Assembly (NCBI GenBank): GCA_050747905.1 | Contig: JBOGKQ010000005.1 | Span: forward strand, 64,994 to 128,993 | Reading direction: 5' to 3' | From: Terriglobales bacterium | GTDB lineage: Bacteria; Acidobacteriota; Terriglobia; Terriglobales; SCQP01 | DNA: 64,000 bases | Shown here: positions 61,516-64,000 of the stretch, one piece after another | Position numbering within the stretch: position 1 is the stretch's first letter | Layout: the number at the start of each line of letters is the position of its first letter | Made by a program: the position numbers and the translations under genes | The notes under the pieces: generated by a model | Told to the model about the DNA's origin: nothing | Database searches by the model: none | Seen by the model: only the letters and a program-made list of their open reading frames with translations

Positions 61516-64000
61516 ATGAAACGCGCATTCCTGCTGACGGTTGTGGCATGTTGTGCGATAGTGGCGGCGGCTCAGTCGCCCTATCCTTCTTCACTGTTTG
61601 GCAACCTCCGTTGGACCAACCTCGGGCCCGAACGCGCCGGCCGCTCCATCGCCAGCGCGGGCTCGAGGGCGCGCCCGCTGACCTACTACACCGGCGCCAC
61701 CGGCGGAGGTGTATGGAAGACCACCGACGGCGGCTTCACCTGGCACCCGGTCAGCGACGGCCAACTGCACAGCTCCTCGGTCGGCGCCATCGCAATCGCG
61801 CCCTCGAACCCCGATGTCGTCTACGTGGGCATGGGCGAGAGCGCGCTGCGCGGCAACATCATGCAGGGCGACGGCATGTACAAGACCGCCGATGGCGGCA
61901 AAACCTGGCAGCATATCGGTCTCACCGATACCCAGATCATTTCCGCTATTCGCGTCGATCCCAGCAACCCCGACGTCGTCTACGTCGCCGCTCTCGGCCA
62001 TCCGTCGGCGCCCAATCCGGAACGTGGGATTTTTAAATCCACGGACGGCGGCCAGACCTGGAAAAAAATTCTTTTTCGCAACGACCAGACCGGCGGCATT
62101 GATCTGGCCCTCGATCCGCACAACCCGCAGGTGATCTACGCCGCCCTCTGGCAGGCGTGGCGTAAATCCTGGGGCATGGCCAGCGGCGGACCCGGCAGCG
62201 GCCTGTTCAAATCCACCGACGGCGGCGCCACCTGGGCCGAAATTACCCGCAATCCCGGCATGCCGCGCGGCATCATCGGCAAAATCGGCATCACCGTCAG
62301 CGGCGCCGATTCCAACCGCCTGTACGCGCTGGTGGAGGCCCGCGATGGCGGCGTGTTCCGTTCCGACGACGGCGGCGCCACCTGGAAGCGCGTCAACAGC
62401 CAGAACACCCTGCGCCAACGCGCCTTCTACTTCAGCGACATCGTGGCCGACCCGCAGAAGAAAGATACCGTCTATGGCGGTAACGTCGGCTTTTACCGCT
62501 CCACCGATGGCGGCGTCACTTGGAAGCGGGTGCGCGGCGGCGATACCCACGGCGTCTGGATTGACCCCACCGACGACCGGCGCATGATTGTCAGCAATGA
62601 CAGTGGCGCCACCGTCTCCACCAACGCCGGCCAGACCTGGAGCCCGGAAACCTATTCTACCGCCCAGCTTTACCACGTCGCCCTGACCAAGGATGATCCC
62701 TATCAGGTCTGCGGCGCGCAGCAGGATTCCTCGACCATCTGCGTGCAGAGCGCCCCGCGGGGCCGCTTCGGCGCCGGCATGTGGGCGCCGGGCTACTCCG
62801 TCGGTGGCGGCGAGAGCGGCTACATCGCTCCGGATCCGGTCGATCCCAACCTCTTCTATGCCGGCAGCCAGGGTGCGCTGCTCAGCCGTTGTGACCGCCG
62901 CACGGGTGAATGCCGTGACGTCGAGCCCTATCCCCGCTTTTTCTCCGGTGAATCCTCCTCTTCGATGCCTGAGCGCTGGCAATGGACGTTCCCCATTGTG
63001 TTCGACAACTTCAATCCCCACATCCTCTATACCTCGTCCCAGCATCTCTGGATGACCGATAACCAGGGCCAGAGTTGGACCAAAATCAGTCCCGATCTCA
63101 CCTTGCACGATCCCGCCACCCTGGGCGACAGTGGCGGCCCTATCACCCACGACATGAACGGGCCGGAGGTCTACGCCACCATCTTCACCATCGCGCCTTC
63201 GCACAAAGTGCCGGGCGTCATCTGGACCGGCTCGGATGATGGCCTTATCTTTATCACCCGCGACCGCGGCCAACACTGGACCAATGTCACCCCGCCTGGC
63301 ATGCCGCACCTCGGTCGCGTCAGCTTGATCGAGGCCTCACCCACCGCTGCCGGCACCGCCTACGCCGCCGTCGAGCGCTATCTGCAGGACGACCGCGCTC
63401 CCTACATTTTCCGCACCACCGACTTCGGTGCAACCTGGACGAAAATCGTCGCCGGCATCGCCCCCGGCGACTACGTCCACGCCGTGCGCGCCGACCTCGA
63501 ACGCCCCGGCCTGCTCTATGCCGGCACCGAGCACGGCTTTTATCTCTCCTTCGATAACGGCGATCACTGGCAGCCGCTGCGGCTGAACATGCCCGATGAG
63601 CAGGTCTCCGACATCGCTGTCGCGCCCCACGACGTGGTGATTTCCACCATGGGCCGCGGCTTCTGGTCGCTGCGCAACGTGGATTTTCTACGCCAGCTCA
63701 CGCCCTCCCTTGCCGCCGCTGATGCCCCCCTCGTGTTCCAGCCCCGCGATGCCGCCCGCGGCGGGAGCCTCATCCTCAGCTATTACCTGCCGCGCAAGGC
63801 GCGTCAGGTGAAAGTCACGATTCTCGACGGCTCCGGCAAGGTCGTCCGCACCTACACCAGCCCGGCGCCCGGCCATCGCGCCCCGGCGACCGAGGGCTTC
63901 TTCAATCGTGGCCCCGCCGCCCCCTCTACGCGGACGGGCATAGATCAGTTCGCCTGGAATTTGCGTTATCCCGGCGCCATCACCTTCCCCGGCATGGTGC
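61516..64000 (+). CDS. BNR/Asp-box repeat, sortilin/VPS10-like secreted glycosidase-like protein; runs off the right edge
   Basis: Own translation from ATG 61516: MKRAFLLTVVACCAIVAAAQS..., with repeated S/T-x-D-x-G-x-T-W motifs (KTTDGGFTW, KTADGGKTW, KSTDGGQTW, RSDDGGATW). No closed ORF of 60 aa or more appears in this frame in the track. Confidence 0.85.
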   Translation, partial: MKRAFLLTVVACCAIVAAAQSPYPSSLFGNLRWTNLGPERAGRSIASAGSRARPLTYYTGATGGGVWKTTDGGFTWHPVSDGQLHSSSVGAIAIAPSNPDVVYVGMGESALRGNIMQGDGMYKTADGGKTWQHIGLTDTQIISAIRVDPSNPDVVYVAALGHPSAPNPERGIFKSTDGGQTWKKILFRNDQTGGIDLALDPHNPQVIYAALWQAWRKSWGMASGGPGSGLFKSTDGGATWAEITRNPGMPRGIIGKIGITVSGADSNRLYALVEARDGGVFRSDDGGATWKRVNSQNTLRQRAFYFSDIVADPQKKDTVYGGNVGFYRSTDGGVTWKRVRGGDTHGVWIDPTDDRRMIVSNDSGATVSTNAGQTWSPETYSTAQLYHVALTKDDPYQVCGAQQDSSTICVQSAPRGRFGAGMWAPGYSVGGGESGYIAPDPVDPNLFYAGSQGALLSRCDRRTGECRDVEPYPRFFSGESSSSMPERWQWTFPIVFDNFNPHILYTSSQHLWMTDNQGQSWTKISPDLTLHDPATLGDSGGPITHDMNGPEVYATIFTIAPSHKVPGVIWTGSDDGLIFITRDRGQHWTNVTPPGMPHLGRVSLIEASPTAAGTAYAAVERYLQDDRAPYIFRTTDFGATWTKIVAGIAPGDYVHAVRADLERPGLLYAGTEHGFYLSFDNGDHWQPLRLNMPDEQVSDIAVAPHDVVISTMGRGFWSLRNVDFLRQLTPSLAAADAPLVFQPRDAARGGSLILSYYLPRKARQVKVTILDGSGKVVRTYTSPAPGHRAPATEGFFNRGPAAPSTRTGIDQFAWNLRYPGAITFPGMV

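Noticed and set aside
1-64000. tRNA, rRNA or CRISPR arrays.
   Set aside because: Reading both strands, I saw no T-loop-like GGTTCGAATCC-type motifs in a tRNA context, no rRNA-like conserved stretches, and no regularly spaced short repeats. This should be confirmed with tRNAscan-SE, Infernal and a CRISPR finder.

Overview
High-GC (about two-thirds G+C by eye) bacterial chromosome segment. The gene content looks Acidobacteriota-like (inference): tandem VWFA-type secreted proteins, a CarboxypepD_reg-type TonB-dependent receptor, and BNR/sortilin-like, S9 and penicillin-acylase exoproteins. There are three blocks. (1) 1-12.3 kb, host housekeeping: cysteine desulfurase, two VWA proteins, a CDF transporter, OsmC, nusB, an SDR, a SAM-I riboswitch controlling a thrC paralog plus a MoaD-like sulfur carrier, a nagB-like gene, canonical thrC-thrB, a truncated hom remnant and a threonine dehydratase. 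(2) About 12.5-47.9 kb: a roughly 35-kb prophage-like island with every gene on the minus strand and many ATGA/GTGA overlaps. It has a P22-like coat, scaffold, portal, lysis genes, internal/ejection proteins and six signal-peptide-bearing fibre/beta-helix/depolymerase-like proteins. I saw no integrase, repressor or replication genes. Its left arm (a terminase-like region and a giant polyvalent virion gene) is broken by in-frame TAG codons and frameshifts. (3) 48.1-64 kb, host: an IPT/beta-propeller protein, cinA, an amber-interrupted GAF-GGDEF-EAL gene, a TonB-dependent receptor, an S9 peptidase, a penicillin acylase and a BNR-repeat protein. I saw no rRNA, tRNA or CRISPR array. Many long ORFs in the track are antisense shadow ORFs typical of high-GC DNA. 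All calls rest on reading the translations and motifs from memory; no searches were run.
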